IMG/VR virus record: IMGVR_UViG_3300010398_000010
Coordinates: 25,349-89,348 of that record
Length of the DNA stretch: 64,000 nt
Strand: one strand, 5' to 3'
From: a virus
Lineage: Duplodnaviria > Caudoviricetes
The notes beneath the pieces are model-generated. The model was not told the origin of the DNA and ran no database searches. It saw nothing but the letters and a program-made list of their open reading frames with translations. The position numbers and the translations under genes were made by a program. Shown here piece after piece: positions 1 to 9,030 of this stretch. Within the stretch, counting starts at the first letter, position 1, and each line of letters opens with the position of its first letter.

Positions 1-4
1 CACG

Positions 5-1414
5 GTGGGGCTCGCAGCAGCGACCGGGTCGGCCCCAACCCCAGCAGCGGCACCGGCCGCAGCGCCGGTTGCGGGACTGGCCAGCGGCACCGGGCAAGCC
101 CCGTCGATCACCCTCGCCGCGACCGCCAAGCTGGGGCTCGCGGCGGGCACCGGCAGCGCACCGGCCGTGCAGCTGGGCGCGTCGGCCACGGTGGGGCTCG
201 CCAGCGCCACGGGGACGGCTCCGTCGCCATCGGTGTCGACCTCATCGTCTGCCACGGCTCAGGCTGGGCTGGCCGCAGGGACCGGCTCAGCGCCGTCCCC
301 GGCGGTTACGGCCACCGTGTCCCCGGTGGCTGGGCTGGCGTCCGGTGCGGGTTCCGCGCCGGCGGTGGGCGCGGCGGTGTCGGTCCGCGCGGGCTTGGCT
401 GCGGGGGCCGGGTCTGCTGCTGGCGTCGGGCTCGCCGCGTCCTCAACTCTTGGGCTGGCGAGCTCGAGCGGATCCGCGTACGCGGTGACCGCTCAGACCT
501 CGGCGGCGTACAACGCGGTCGCTGGCCTTGCCGCCGGCACCGGGCAGGCCCCGGCCGTTACGCTCGCTGCGACGGTCCGGGCCGGGCTCGCGTCGGGGAC
601 GGGTTCGGCCCCGGCCGTCACCCCAGCTATCACTGTGCAGGCGGGTCTGGCCTCCGCGACGGGGACCGCGCCAAGCGTCACGCTCGCCGCGTCGGCCACC
701 GTTGGGCTGGCATCCGCGGCGGGATCTGCGCCAAGCCCAGCGGTGGCCACGTCGGTCGCCGCGACGGTGGGGCTTGCGGCAGGGACGGGGACCGCGCCGT
801 CGCCCTCGGTGTCGACGGTCCCGCAGTTCTCCGCAAACGCCGGGGTGGCGTCGGCTACCGGCTCAGCCCCTACCCCGGTCGCCGCACCGGTCGCGCAGGC
901 GGCAGCGGGGCAGGCCGGCGCGGCCGGTGCGGCATTCCGGCCCGCCGCCCAGGCCGGGTTTACCGCGTTCGCTGGGCTGGCGACCGGGACCGGGTCGGCG
1001 CCGGGGCCGGCGCTGACGCTCACGTCCAGCCCGGCCGTGGGGCTCGCCGCGGGCACCGGGCAAGCGCCCGGGGCGGTAGGCCAGCCGGCGAAGTTCTACC
1101 CGGCCGGGAACGCTGCCGGGACCGGCACGGCGTACGGCGCGCAGGTGACACTGGCCGCCCGGCCATCGGTGGCCGTCGCGGCAGGCAACGGGCAGGCGCT
1201 CAGCCCGTTCGCGCTCGGGCTGATCCCGGCAGTGTTCGCCAGGGCGACCGCGTCCGGGACGGCCAAGACCCCAGCCGGGGTGACCGGCGCTGGCCGCGCC
1301 GCGTCGGCCAGCGGCGGGCAATCAACGTCCGCCGCCGTCAGTGGTGATTCCGCTTCCCGTGGTCACGCTGTCGGCGGCGGCGCAGTTTCAGCAACGGCGA
1401 GAGGTGAGCCCTGA
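5..1414 (+). CDS. Ala/Gly/Ser/Thr-rich repetitive virion-associated protein (probably 5'-truncated by the window edge)
   Basis: Many imperfect GLAxGTGxAP repeats at roughly 20-22 aa spacing; stop overlaps the start of the adaptor gene (TGATG at 1412-1416). Confidence 0.55.
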   Translation: MGLAAATGSAPTPAAAPAAAPVAGLASGTGQAPSITLAATAKLGLAAGTGSAPAVQLGASATVGLASATGTAPSPSVSTSSSATAQAGLAAGTGSAPSPAVTATVSPVAGLASGAGSAPAVGAAVSVRAGLAAGAGSAAGVGLAASSTLGLASSSGSAYAVTAQTSAAYNAVAGLAAGTGQAPAVTLAATVRAGLASGTGSAPAVTPAITVQAGLASATGTAPSVTLAASATVGLASAAGSAPSPAVATSVAATVGLAAGTGTAPSPSVSTVPQFSANAGVASATGSAPTPVAAPVAQAAAGQAGAAGAAFRPAAQAGFTAFAGLATGTGSAPGPALTLTSSPAVGLAAGTGQAPGAVGQPAKFYPAGNAAGTGTAYGAQVTLAARPSVAVAAGNGQALSPFALGLIPAVFARATASGTAKTPAGVTGAGRAASASGGQSTSAAVSGDSASRGHAVGGGAVSATARGEP

Positions 1415-2223
1415 TGTTGTGCGTCGGCCAGGTCTACCACTCGGTGTTCACGATCAAGGGACAGACGACCGCGCCGGGGAACGTCGCGCTGGCGATCACC
1501 AAACCCGATGGCACGCTGGTCTCCCCGGCGCCGTCGCCGCCGGCGGGCAGCCAGGTCGCCGGCGACTGGGTCGTGTTCTACGACTACACGTTGGCCGACG
1601 TGGGGATCCACAAGTTCGCCTGGTCATCAACCGGGCCGGGGACCGCGCCCGCGCCGGTCTATGAGAACGTCCGGGACTACCGGTCGATCGTCGGCCTCGG
1701 TGAGATCCACGATCACCTCAACCTGGCCAGCGACGCCCAGGACAATGAACTGCTCGCGTTCATGCAAGCCTCAACCGAACTCGTTGAGGCGAAGATCGGC
1801 ACGTGCATCCCCCGGACCTACACCGACCGGGTCGAGCAGGGCACTTGGCGGCTGGTGCTGACCCACCGGCCGATCCTGACGGTGACCTCGGTCACGTCGG
1901 TGTGGCCCGGTGGCCCGGCGTGGCCGGGTTCGGCTTTGCGGTGGGACGCCGAGGCGGCGATCGTTGACCAGCTGACGACGGCCGGGCCGTTCTACTGGCC
2001 GCCGTGGGACGTGCTGTATCGGGTCGGCCGGCCGGTGGTTGAGGAACGGTGGATCCAAGCGGCGAAGGAACAGTGCCGGCATCTGTGGGACACCCAGCGG
2101 GGGTCGGCGCCGCCCTCGGTCTTGCAGGGCGAAGAGATCTTTACCGCCAGTACCGGGTTCACGTTCTCGGTGCCGCGGCGGGTGCTCGAGCTGCTTGAGG
2201 CTGACATCGTGCCGGCGGTCTGA
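1414..2223 (+). CDS. head-tail adaptor/connector (gp6/gp15-like) with extra N-terminal domain
   Basis: C-terminal part IHDHLNL...DNELLAFMQASTELVE...YRVGR...AAKEQCRHLWDTQRG resembles actinophage connectors; position before tail genes. Confidence 0.7.
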   Translation: MLCVGQVYHSVFTIKGQTTAPGNVALAITKPDGTLVSPAPSPPAGSQVAGDWVVFYDYTLADVGIHKFAWSSTGPGTAPAPVYENVRDYRSIVGLGEIHDHLNLASDAQDNELLAFMQASTELVEAKIGTCIPRTYTDRVEQGTWRLVLTHRPILTVTSVTSVWPGGPAWPGSALRWDAEAAIVDQLTTAGPFYWPPWDVLYRVGRPVVEERWIQAAKEQCRHLWDTQRGSAPPSVLQGEEIFTASTGFTFSVPRRVLELLEADIVPAV

Positions 2224-2224
2224 C

Positions 2225-2686
2225 GTGAGCTACTTCTCAACGGTGCCCGACGCCCTGGCCGCGCTGGTCGCGATGTTCGGCACCGCGCCCGGTCTTGACG
2301 GCGTTGAGATCATCGACGGCCCGCCGACCCAAGACAGCAGCGCGCTGGAATCGGTGGCGGTCGGCTACTCCCCCAGCGACGGCGTCGACGCGGTCGAAAT
2401 GACCAGCGGGTTCGGGGATCTCGGATCGTCGCGGGACCGGGAGTCCTACACGGTGCACTGCACCCTCGGCGTTCTCAACGGCGACCGGGACACCCTCACC
2501 GCGCGGACCCGCGCCTACCAGCTGTACGACGCGGTCGGGTTCGTCATCAACGACGACACGACGCTGCGCAAGACGGTGATGAAAGCCGGGCTCGGCGCGC
2601 ACAACTTCGCGCAGAACGACACCACGGGCGGGCTGCTCGCGCGGATCGACTTCTCAGTCACCGTGGACGCGTTCACCGGCCGGTGA
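2225..2686 (+). CDS. tail terminator / tail completion protein
   Basis: GTG at 2225 right after the adaptor stop; size, synteny and beta-rich pattern (RESYTVHCTLGV...ARIDFSVTVDAF). Confidence 0.6.
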   Translation: MSYFSTVPDALAALVAMFGTAPGLDGVEIIDGPPTQDSSALESVAVGYSPSDGVDAVEMTSGFGDLGSSRDRESYTVHCTLGVLNGDRDTLTARTRAYQLYDAVGFVINDDTTLRKTVMKAGLGAHNFAQNDTTGGLLARIDFSVTVDAFTGR

Positions 2687-2813
2687 GCCCGGCCGCGCAA
2701 ACGCCCAGGTCGCCCGCGAGTCACTGACCAGCCCTTTTAGGTCCTGGGCGAATTCGCCCAGGTGGCCGGACGGCCCACCCCGGGCCAGCCAACAAATGAT
2801 CGGAGACGGGCCG

Positions 2814-3167
2814 ATGGCCGCTGCACTCACTGCTCAGTCGTTCCCGCCTGCCGGGGCGGCGATCACCTACGCGACCGGCGCCGGCACGCTCACCACCACC
2901 GGCAACACCGCACCGACCGGGCCGGGGCTCGCGCTGCTGGTCAAGAACGGATCCGGTTCCCCCATCACCGTCAACATGGTCATCCCCTCCGGGATCACCC
3001 TCGACGGGATGGTGCAGACAACACCATTCACGGTCTCGGTCGCCGCCGGTGCCGACGAAATCATCCCGCTGCGCGCCGTCCGCTACGCCGACCCGGTCAC
3101 CGGCCTCGCCACGTTCGGATTCTCCGCTGTCACGACGGTCTCGGCCGCCTGCATCAACACGAACTGA
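2814..3167 (+). CDS. small structural protein upstream of the major tail gene
   Basis: GGAG RBS at 2802; LLVKNGSGSPITV motif typical of actinophage genes at this position. Confidence 0.6.
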   Translation: MAAALTAQSFPPAGAAITYATGAGTLTTTGNTAPTGPGLALLVKNGSGSPITVNMVIPSGITLDGMVQTTPFTVSVAAGADEIIPLRAVRYADPVTGLATFGFSAVTTVSAACINTN

Positions 3168-3178
3168 GGGATGAACCC

Positions 3179-3436
3179 ATGAGCGAGCCCGCCGCTGAGA
3201 TCACCGGAAGCTCAGCCGAATTCGTCAACATCATCCACCCGCCGACCGGCAACGTCGCGGAGGTTCCCCAGTCCGCGCTGCCGGTCTATTACCGCGCCGG
3301 CTGGACGCTGCTCACCGCAGACAACGCGCCGCCAGCTGACGCCGAACCCGAAGCGCCCGCCCCGATGACGGCGGCGGAAGCGGCCGCCACGCGAACGGGC
3401 GGCAAGGCCAGCAAGACCAAGAGCACGGAGGGATGA
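3179..3436 (+). CDS. small hypothetical protein (tail gene region)
   Basis: ATG 3179 in frame with track ORF 2762-3436; IIHPPTGNVAEVP..YYRAGW core with low-complexity tail. Confidence 0.55.
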   Translation: MSEPAAEITGSSAEFVNIIHPPTGNVAEVPQSALPVYYRAGWTLLTADNAPPADAEPEAPAPMTAAEAAATRTGGKASKTKSTEG

Positions 3437-3439
3437 CCC

Positions 3440-3919
3440 ATGCCGCCTACGCCGCTGAACGTGACCTCTCGGTACGTTTCCGAGGGCGTCCGGAAGATCT
3501 ATTGGATGGCGACCTCGGCCAACTACCTCAGCCCCACCCGGGCCGAACTCAACGCCGGGATCGACCTGACCAACGAGATCGCGGAAATGACCGGCTTTAC
3601 GGTGTCGTCGGACACCCAGGACGTGCCGGACATGAGCGGGCGCTTCACCGCGAAGATCCCCGGCCGCATCACCGCCGACGACTCGGCCATCCGGTTCTAC
3701 GCGTCCAGCAACAGCAACGACGTGCGGACCGTCTTGCCGAGAGACACGGCGGGCTACGTGGCGACGCTGTGGGAAGGGGACGTGACCGGTCAGAAAATGG
3801 ACGTGTGGCCGGTCAAGGTGACCGCAGCGTCGGTGCAGACCGCGATTGACGACCCCGCCTCGGTCGAGATCGGGTTCACGATCACCCGCGTGCCGGCGCA
3901 GAACGTCACGATCCCTTAG
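3440..3919 (+). CDS. major tail (tube) protein
   Basis: SPTRAELNAGIDLTNEIAEMTGF..SS...VPD...FTAKIPGR pattern of actinophage tail tube proteins; GGAGGG RBS. Confidence 0.85.
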   Translation: MPPTPLNVTSRYVSEGVRKIYWMATSANYLSPTRAELNAGIDLTNEIAEMTGFTVSSDTQDVPDMSGRFTAKIPGRITADDSAIRFYASSNSNDVRTVLPRDTAGYVATLWEGDVTGQKMDVWPVKVTAASVQTAIDDPASVEIGFTITRVPAQNVTIP

Positions 3920-3927
3920 GCCGCGCC

Positions 3928-4434
3928 GTGAGCTACGCGGAGCGGTTCAACCCGAACCACGCGCCGCCCGGCTCGGCAGCAGGTGGGCAGTTCGCCTCGG
4001 CCGCGAGCAGCGGCAGCCAAGCCCAAGCTCAACCCAAGCCGGGCGGGTCGCCAGCGCAGCGGCGGATGCGCAAGGCGCGGCTGCTCGCGGAGGCGCACTC
4101 GCTGCGCGACAAAGCCGGGGTGCTGCGCCAGCAGATGCACCGGCTTGAGGCGCAGCACAAGCAGGTGCAGGCGTCGCACGCCGCCGCAGCCAAGCAAGCG
4201 GCGCACCACACCGCGCAGGCCAAGAAGCAGGCCAAGGGACCGGCGGCCGGCGCAGCTGGGCACACGCACCGCACCACCTCTCATCACCGGCTGGCGGCGC
4301 ATCACCGGAAGATGGCCAGCCACCACCAAGCGCACGCCGCGACGCTCGCTGAGCGGATCCGTGGACTGCGCCGCCAGATCACCAAGCTGATCGACCGGGC
4401 CAAGACCATCGAGGCCGAGGCCGCGAAGCTCTAA
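3928..4434 (+). CDS. basic His/Ala/Gln-rich coiled-coil protein with N-terminal FNPNH..GGQF motif
   Basis: Fills the gap between tail tube and chaperone genes; GTG start; helical charged sequence. Confidence 0.6.
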   Translation: MSYAERFNPNHAPPGSAAGGQFASAASSGSQAQAQPKPGGSPAQRRMRKARLLAEAHSLRDKAGVLRQQMHRLEAQHKQVQASHAAAAKQAAHHTAQAKKQAKGPAAGAAGHTHRTTSHHRLAAHHRKMASHHQAHAATLAERIRGLRRQITKLIDRAKTIEAEAAKL

Positions 4435-4450
4435 CGGGAAGGGCTCACTG

Positions 4451-4882
4451 ATGACCGCTGCCAACGGGAAGGGGCCAGCAGACAAGGTGCTGCTGCTCGG
4501 CCGCGACGCGATCCTCAAGGCGACCGATCTGCCGACCGAGGACATCGAGGTGCCGGAATGGGGCGGCACGGTCCGGGTCCGTGGGCTGACCGGCGAGGGC
4601 CGGGATGAGTATGAGGCGTCCACGTTCGTCATGCGCGACGGGCAGGCGTTCCCCGACACCGCGAACACCCGCGCCAAGCTGTGCGCCCGCTGCATCGTGG
4701 ATGAAGCCGGGGAGCCACTGTTCACCCAGCAGGACGTGCACGCGCTCGGCCAGCTATCAGGCCGGGCGCTGAACATGATCTGGGAACGGTGCCTCGCGCT
4801 GTCGGGGCTGTCCGAAGAGGACACGAAAGAACTAGCGGGAAACTCCGCAGCCGCCCAGAGCGGCGGTTCTACTTCCGCCTAG
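4451..4882 (+). CDS. tail assembly chaperone (gpG-like)
   Basis: EDIEVPEWGGTVRVRGLTG..RD motif; position between tail tube and tape measure genes. Confidence 0.85.
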   Translation: MTAANGKGPADKVLLLGRDAILKATDLPTEDIEVPEWGGTVRVRGLTGEGRDEYEASTFVMRDGQAFPDTANTRAKLCARCIVDEAGEPLFTQQDVHALGQLSGRALNMIWERCLALSGLSEEDTKELAGNSAAAQSGGSTSA

Positions 4883-5073
4883 CCCGCGACCTCGGCAAGA
4901 CCGTCGCCCAGCTGCTGAGCGAGATATCCAGCCGCGAACTCAGCGAGTGGATGGCGTTCTACCAGCTCGAGGATGAGCGCCGCGCAGCTGCCAACGCACC
5001 CCCACAGAACGGAGGCCGCAAGGTCAATGTCCGGGGTACGGGTAAGCGGGCCGGGAGTCCGCAAGCTCTCTGA
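4837..5073 (+). CDS. -1 frameshift extension of the tail assembly chaperone (gpGT-like)
   Basis: Slippery heptamer G-GGA-AAC at 4837-4843 in the correct phase; -1 frame encodes RRFYFRLARDLGKTVAQLLSEISSRELSEWMAFY. Confidence 0.8.
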   Translation, partial: GKLRSRPERRFYFRLARDLGKTVAQLLSEISSRELSEWMAFYQLEDERRAAANAPPQNGGRKVNVRGTGKRAGSPQAL

Positions 5074-5521
5074 ACTCGCCGCGCAGCTTGAGGTCGCGCC
5101 CGCCGATCTGCGGCGCAACATGCGTGGGCGGCTGACCGCCGAGGCAGAGCCGCTAGTCCTCAAGACCAAAGAGTCGATCCTGACGATGCGGGCGAAGTCG
5201 CAGGCGCACACGTTCCGCGGCGAGATCGCCAACACCGTCTCTTCGCGGGTCCGCGCGGGCGGCTCACGGGTCACCATCGAGATCCGCGCAGACGGGCGGA
5301 TGATGCCTCCCGGCATGACGTTGCTGCCCGGGTGGACGAACCTGGCCCGGGGCTGGGGTCATCCCGTGTTCGCCCACGGGGCCAACCGCCGCAAGTGGCA
5401 CTGGGTGCATCAAACCGGCAAGCCGGGCTGGTTTGAGCGCCCGCTGCTTGAGTCCCGTACCAACCTCAAGGCCGCCGTGCAGGCGGCGATTGACGACACG
5501 ACACGCAAACTCACCGGCTGA
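5027..5521 (+). CDS. HK97 gp10-like neck/tail-component protein
   Basis: GGAGG RBS at 5011, ATG 5027; GWGHPVF...W..QTGKPGWFERPL C-terminal pattern. Confidence 0.6.
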   Translation: MSGVRVSGPGVRKLSELAAQLEVAPADLRRNMRGRLTAEAEPLVLKTKESILTMRAKSQAHTFRGEIANTVSSRVRAGGSRVTIEIRADGRMMPPGMTLLPGWTNLARGWGHPVFAHGANRRKWHWVHQTGKPGWFERPLLESRTNLKAAVQAAIDDTTRKLTG

Positions 5522-5537
5522 GCCCGGTCCCTCATCC

Positions 5538-5560
5538 ACCCCCCGGCCGGGCCGGGGGGT
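5538..5560. other. perfect 10-bp GC hairpin (ACCCCCCGGC-cgg-GCCGGGGGGT) upstream of the tape measure gene
   Basis: Exact inverted repeat read from the sequence; no clear U tract, so possibly an attenuator or RNA stability element. Confidence 0.5.
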
Positions 5561-5586
5561 CTTAGCCATGTTCAGGAGGCGCAGCG

Positions 5587-8500
5587 ATGCCGACGATCTT
5601 GCGCTACCTGATCACGGGCGACGATGTCACCGGGTCCAAGGCGTTCGACAACTTCCGCCGCACGGTCGAACGGACCGATGGGGCGGTGCAGCGGCAAAAC
5701 AAGACCCTCAAGCAGCAGGACTCGCTGCTCAAGCAGCACGGCAAAGCGCTACAGCAGGCCGGGAAACAGACCGCGCTGTTCGCCTCCCATGTGACCGGCG
5801 CCGGGGACGCGTTCACGATCTTTAGCCGAAAGGCGAGCATGGCCACGCGGGTCATGGCCGGGCTGAACCTCGCCACCGGGCTCGCGGAACCGCTTGTGTC
5901 GAGCCTGGTCGTGGCGATGGGCGGGCTGGCCGCAGCGACCGCCGCAGCTGGTGCCGGGCTCGCCGCCTACGGGATCGCGCTCAAGCCGCTACTCGGCCAG
6001 GTCTCGGATCTCAACAAGGCGCAGGCGGCGGCGGCGAAGGGCAGCCAAGCGGCCAAGGATCAGTACGCCAAGCTGCTCAAGCAGACCCCGCCGCTCGTGC
6101 GGAAGTTCGCCAAAGAGGTCCGCGACGCGCAGACCGCCTACAAGAAGTGGGCCGACTCGCTGGCCGGGCCGGTGCTCGCGCCGCTACAGATCGCCTTGGC
6201 GAACATCAAGCCGGCGCTCAAGGCGATCCGGCCGCTGGTCGTCGCGGCCGGTGACGCGTTCACGGTGCTGATGACCCAGCTTGATCACAAGATCCAAGGC
6301 GGCGGGATCGAGCGGATCGTCACCAAGCTGCTGCCTGCGGTCAAGCCGGTACTGATCGACCTCGGCCATTCCATCGCCAACGTGTTCGCCGGAATCTGGG
6401 GGATCATCAAGGCGTTTTTGCCGTTCTCGACCACGGTCAGCGGTGGCCTGGTCAAGATGACCGACGCGTTTAAGAACTGGGCTACCACGCTGTCCGGGCA
6501 CAGCGGTTTCCATGCGATCGTCAACCAATGGAAGCAGGACTGGCCGGTCATTAAGCCGGTGCTGGCAAACCTGTTCATTTTCCTCAAGAACATAATTTCG
6601 TCATTGGCGGCGATGACGACCCCGGCGAACAGCAAAGCGCTGTGGATGATCGCCAATCCGCTGATGGCCGTCGCGGTGAAGCTGAGCGAGCACCCGATCT
6701 TTGTGCAGGCGCTCACCTACCTGCTGCTGATCGGTAAGGGCGCGGGGCGGATCAAGAGCGTTTTCGACGCGATGAAAACCGGGTGGGGCACGTTCTCCGC
6801 GATCCTCAACAAGCTGACCGGCGGGAAGATCGGCACGGCGATGGTCGGTGCCGGCGACACGATGCTGCTCGCCTCAAAGAACATGCAAAAGGCGGCGGAC
6901 ACGATGGCCGCCGCGTCTGGGCTGGCGGGCAAGGCCGGTGGCGCTGCGGCGGGCGCGGGCGCGGGCGCGGCTGAGGCGGCGGGCGCGGGCGCGGCGGCTG
7001 GCTCGGCGGGACGCGGTGGGCTGTGGGGAAAGATGTTCGGCCGGTCCGGGATCGCGGCTGGTCTTGCCCGGGCGGGCGGCGTCGCGGTCATCGCCGGGCT
7101 GATCACCGACATGGTCCTCAAGCCGGTGCTGTCGTCGGTCACCCAGAATCAGAGAGCGCAGACGACGTTTTGGGACCGGCCGTTTGGCACCGGGGCCAAG
7201 GGCAGCAGCGCGTTTGAGTCGTGGCGGCAGCTGGGCCGGACCATCACCGGGGTCGGCCATCAGGTCGACCCGGTCATCGCCGGCATGAACAGCAAACTGG
7301 ACACGCTCGGCCGGCCGGGCGGGGTAGCGCCGCGCGCCGCTAACGAGCTTGGCCGGGTCAGTGGGCAGACCAGCCGGCTCGGCGGCGACATGCGCTCAGC
7401 CGCGCAGCCGGTGAACGACCTGACCAAAAAGTCGCAAGCGCTCGCGCAGCAGTTCATGTCCGGGCTCGGTGCCCAGCTGAACCGCCTGCACGCGAACACG
7501 CCGAGGGTCCGGACCGATATCAACAACCTCGCGGACGCGATCAAGACGACGGGTGACAAGTCAAAGGCCACGCAGAAAGACCGGCAGCAGCTAATCCACG
7601 ACCTTGAGCAGTCCGGGGTCAAGTCGTCCACGGCCAAGACGCTGGTCAACCACCTGACCACGGCCATCAACAACATCCCGAACCGGCACTCGACCTACCT
7701 CAAATTTGGGGTCAACGTGCCCCGCGGCGTGCTGGCCCACTACCCGTCAGCGGCGGACATGCGCGCGGCCGGGTTCGCCGCAGGCGGGCCGGTGCGCGGT
7801 CCAGGTGGCCCGACCGATGACCGCGCTGGGCTGTTCCCGCTGTCCAACAAGGAGTGGGTGATCCGCGCATCGTCCGCGACCAGCTACGGCAGCAAGGCGA
7901 TGGACGCGGTGAACAAGGGCACCGCGTCCGTGATCTACCCCGGCATGGCCGCAGGTGGGGAGGTCGGAGATCTGACCGCAGCGAGCGCGCAGAAAGCGCC
8001 CGGCGGGTCGTACCGGATCGGTGACGCGCCGACTGAGACGTTCGCGCTCAAGCTCTGGCAGGTGTGGATCGACCAGCATTCGGGCGGGATGAAGGCCGTC
8101 CGCGAGGCGATGAAATGGATTGGCCAGGTGCCGTATGTGTGGGGCGGGATGAACGTCCCCGGCGGCGCGGACTGCTCCGGGTTCGTCTCCTACGTCTATG
8201 GCAAGGCACTGGGCATCTTGCCGCCGCGCACATCCGAGGCGCAGTACGCGTGGGTCAAGCGCACCGGCCCGCAGCCCGGTGGGCTCGCGTTCTACACCAA
8301 CCCGGGCGGCGGGGTGCCACCGGGACACGTCGCGCTGGTCAAGGACGCCAACACCGTGATCAGCCAGGGTGGCCCCGGCAAGGGGCCGATTGTCATCGGC
8401 CTGCACGGGCCGGGGCCACTGATGGGCACCGGTATCCCCCCGGGCGGGTTCAGCGCCAAGGGCGGGCCGGGCGCGGGCACGTTCGGGGAATCGCAGCTTG

Positions 8501-9027
8501 CCTCGCTGTGGATGCAGGCGGGCGGGGCGCGGAATTTGTCACACCTGATGGCCGCGATAGCGATGGCCGAATCCGGTGGCCGGTCCAACGCGGTCGGTCC
8601 GATGACCCCGTTCGGGCAGGCCAAAGGCTTGTGGCAGATCCTCGGCCAGCTTGTGAGAGGCAACATTTTCGACCCGCTGGTCAACGCGCGCAACGCCCGC
8701 GCGAAGTACCTGACGCAAGGACTCGGCGCGTGGGAGGCGTACACCAACGGCAGCTACCGGCAGTTCATGGCCGGTGGCGGGGCGATCACCGAACCGGTCG
8801 CCGGGGTCGGGCTCAAGACCGGCGCTGAGTACATGCTCGGTGAGGCCGGCACCGAATACGTGTCCAGCCAAGCCGACCTCAAGGACGTGGCCGCGGCGCT
8901 GCGCGCGGTGCTGGCTGAGCTTCGCGCTATCCGCCAGCTGACACATCAGCAGCCCGTCCGCACCGGCCGCGCCGTTGGTGAAGCACTCAACGGAGGCGCC
9001 CGCCGCGCCGCGACGCTGGGGGGCTGA
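5587..9027 (+). CDS. tape measure protein with C-terminal NlpC/P60 and lysozyme-like (SLT) domains
   Basis: 1146 aa helical Ala-rich body; PYVWGG..DCSGF..GHVAL (about 8107-8370); IAMAESGG..AKGLWQI..FDPLVNA (about 8490-8760). Confidence 0.92.
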   Translation: MPTILRYLITGDDVTGSKAFDNFRRTVERTDGAVQRQNKTLKQQDSLLKQHGKALQQAGKQTALFASHVTGAGDAFTIFSRKASMATRVMAGLNLATGLAEPLVSSLVVAMGGLAAATAAAGAGLAAYGIALKPLLGQVSDLNKAQAAAAKGSQAAKDQYAKLLKQTPPLVRKFAKEVRDAQTAYKKWADSLAGPVLAPLQIALANIKPALKAIRPLVVAAGDAFTVLMTQLDHKIQGGGIERIVTKLLPAVKPVLIDLGHSIANVFAGIWGIIKAFLPFSTTVSGGLVKMTDAFKNWATTLSGHSGFHAIVNQWKQDWPVIKPVLANLFIFLKNIISSLAAMTTPANSKALWMIANPLMAVAVKLSEHPIFVQALTYLLLIGKGAGRIKSVFDAMKTGWGTFSAILNKLTGGKIGTAMVGAGDTMLLASKNMQKAADTMAAASGLAGKAGGAAAGAGAGAAEAAGAGAAAGSAGRGGLWGKMFGRSGIAAGLARAGGVAVIAGLITDMVLKPVLSSVTQNQRAQTTFWDRPFGTGAKGSSAFESWRQLGRTITGVGHQVDPVIAGMNSKLDTLGRPGGVAPRAANELGRVSGQTSRLGGDMRSAAQPVNDLTKKSQALAQQFMSGLGAQLNRLHANTPRVRTDINNLADAIKTTGDKSKATQKDRQQLIHDLEQSGVKSSTAKTLVNHLTTAINNIPNRHSTYLKFGVNVPRGVLAHYPSAADMRAAGFAAGGPVRGPGGPTDDRAGLFPLSNKEWVIRASSATSYGSKAMDAVNKGTASVIYPGMAAGGEVGDLTAASAQKAPGGSYRIGDAPTETFALKLWQVWIDQHSGGMKAVREAMKWIGQVPYVWGGMNVPGGADCSGFVSYVYGKALGILPPRTSEAQYAWVKRTGPQPGGLAFYTNPGGGVPPGHVALVKDANTVISQGGPGKGPIVIGLHGPGPLMGTGIPPGGFSAKGGPGAGTFGESQLASLWMQAGGARNLSHLMAAIAMAESGGRSNAVGPMTPFGQAKGLWQILGQLVRGNIFDPLVNARNARAKYLTQGLGAWEAYTNGSYRQFMAGGGAITEPVAGVGLKTGAEYMLGEAGTEYVSSQADLKDVAAALRAVLAELRAIRQLTHQQPVRTGRAVGEALNGGARRAATLGG

Positions 9028-9030
9028 CGC

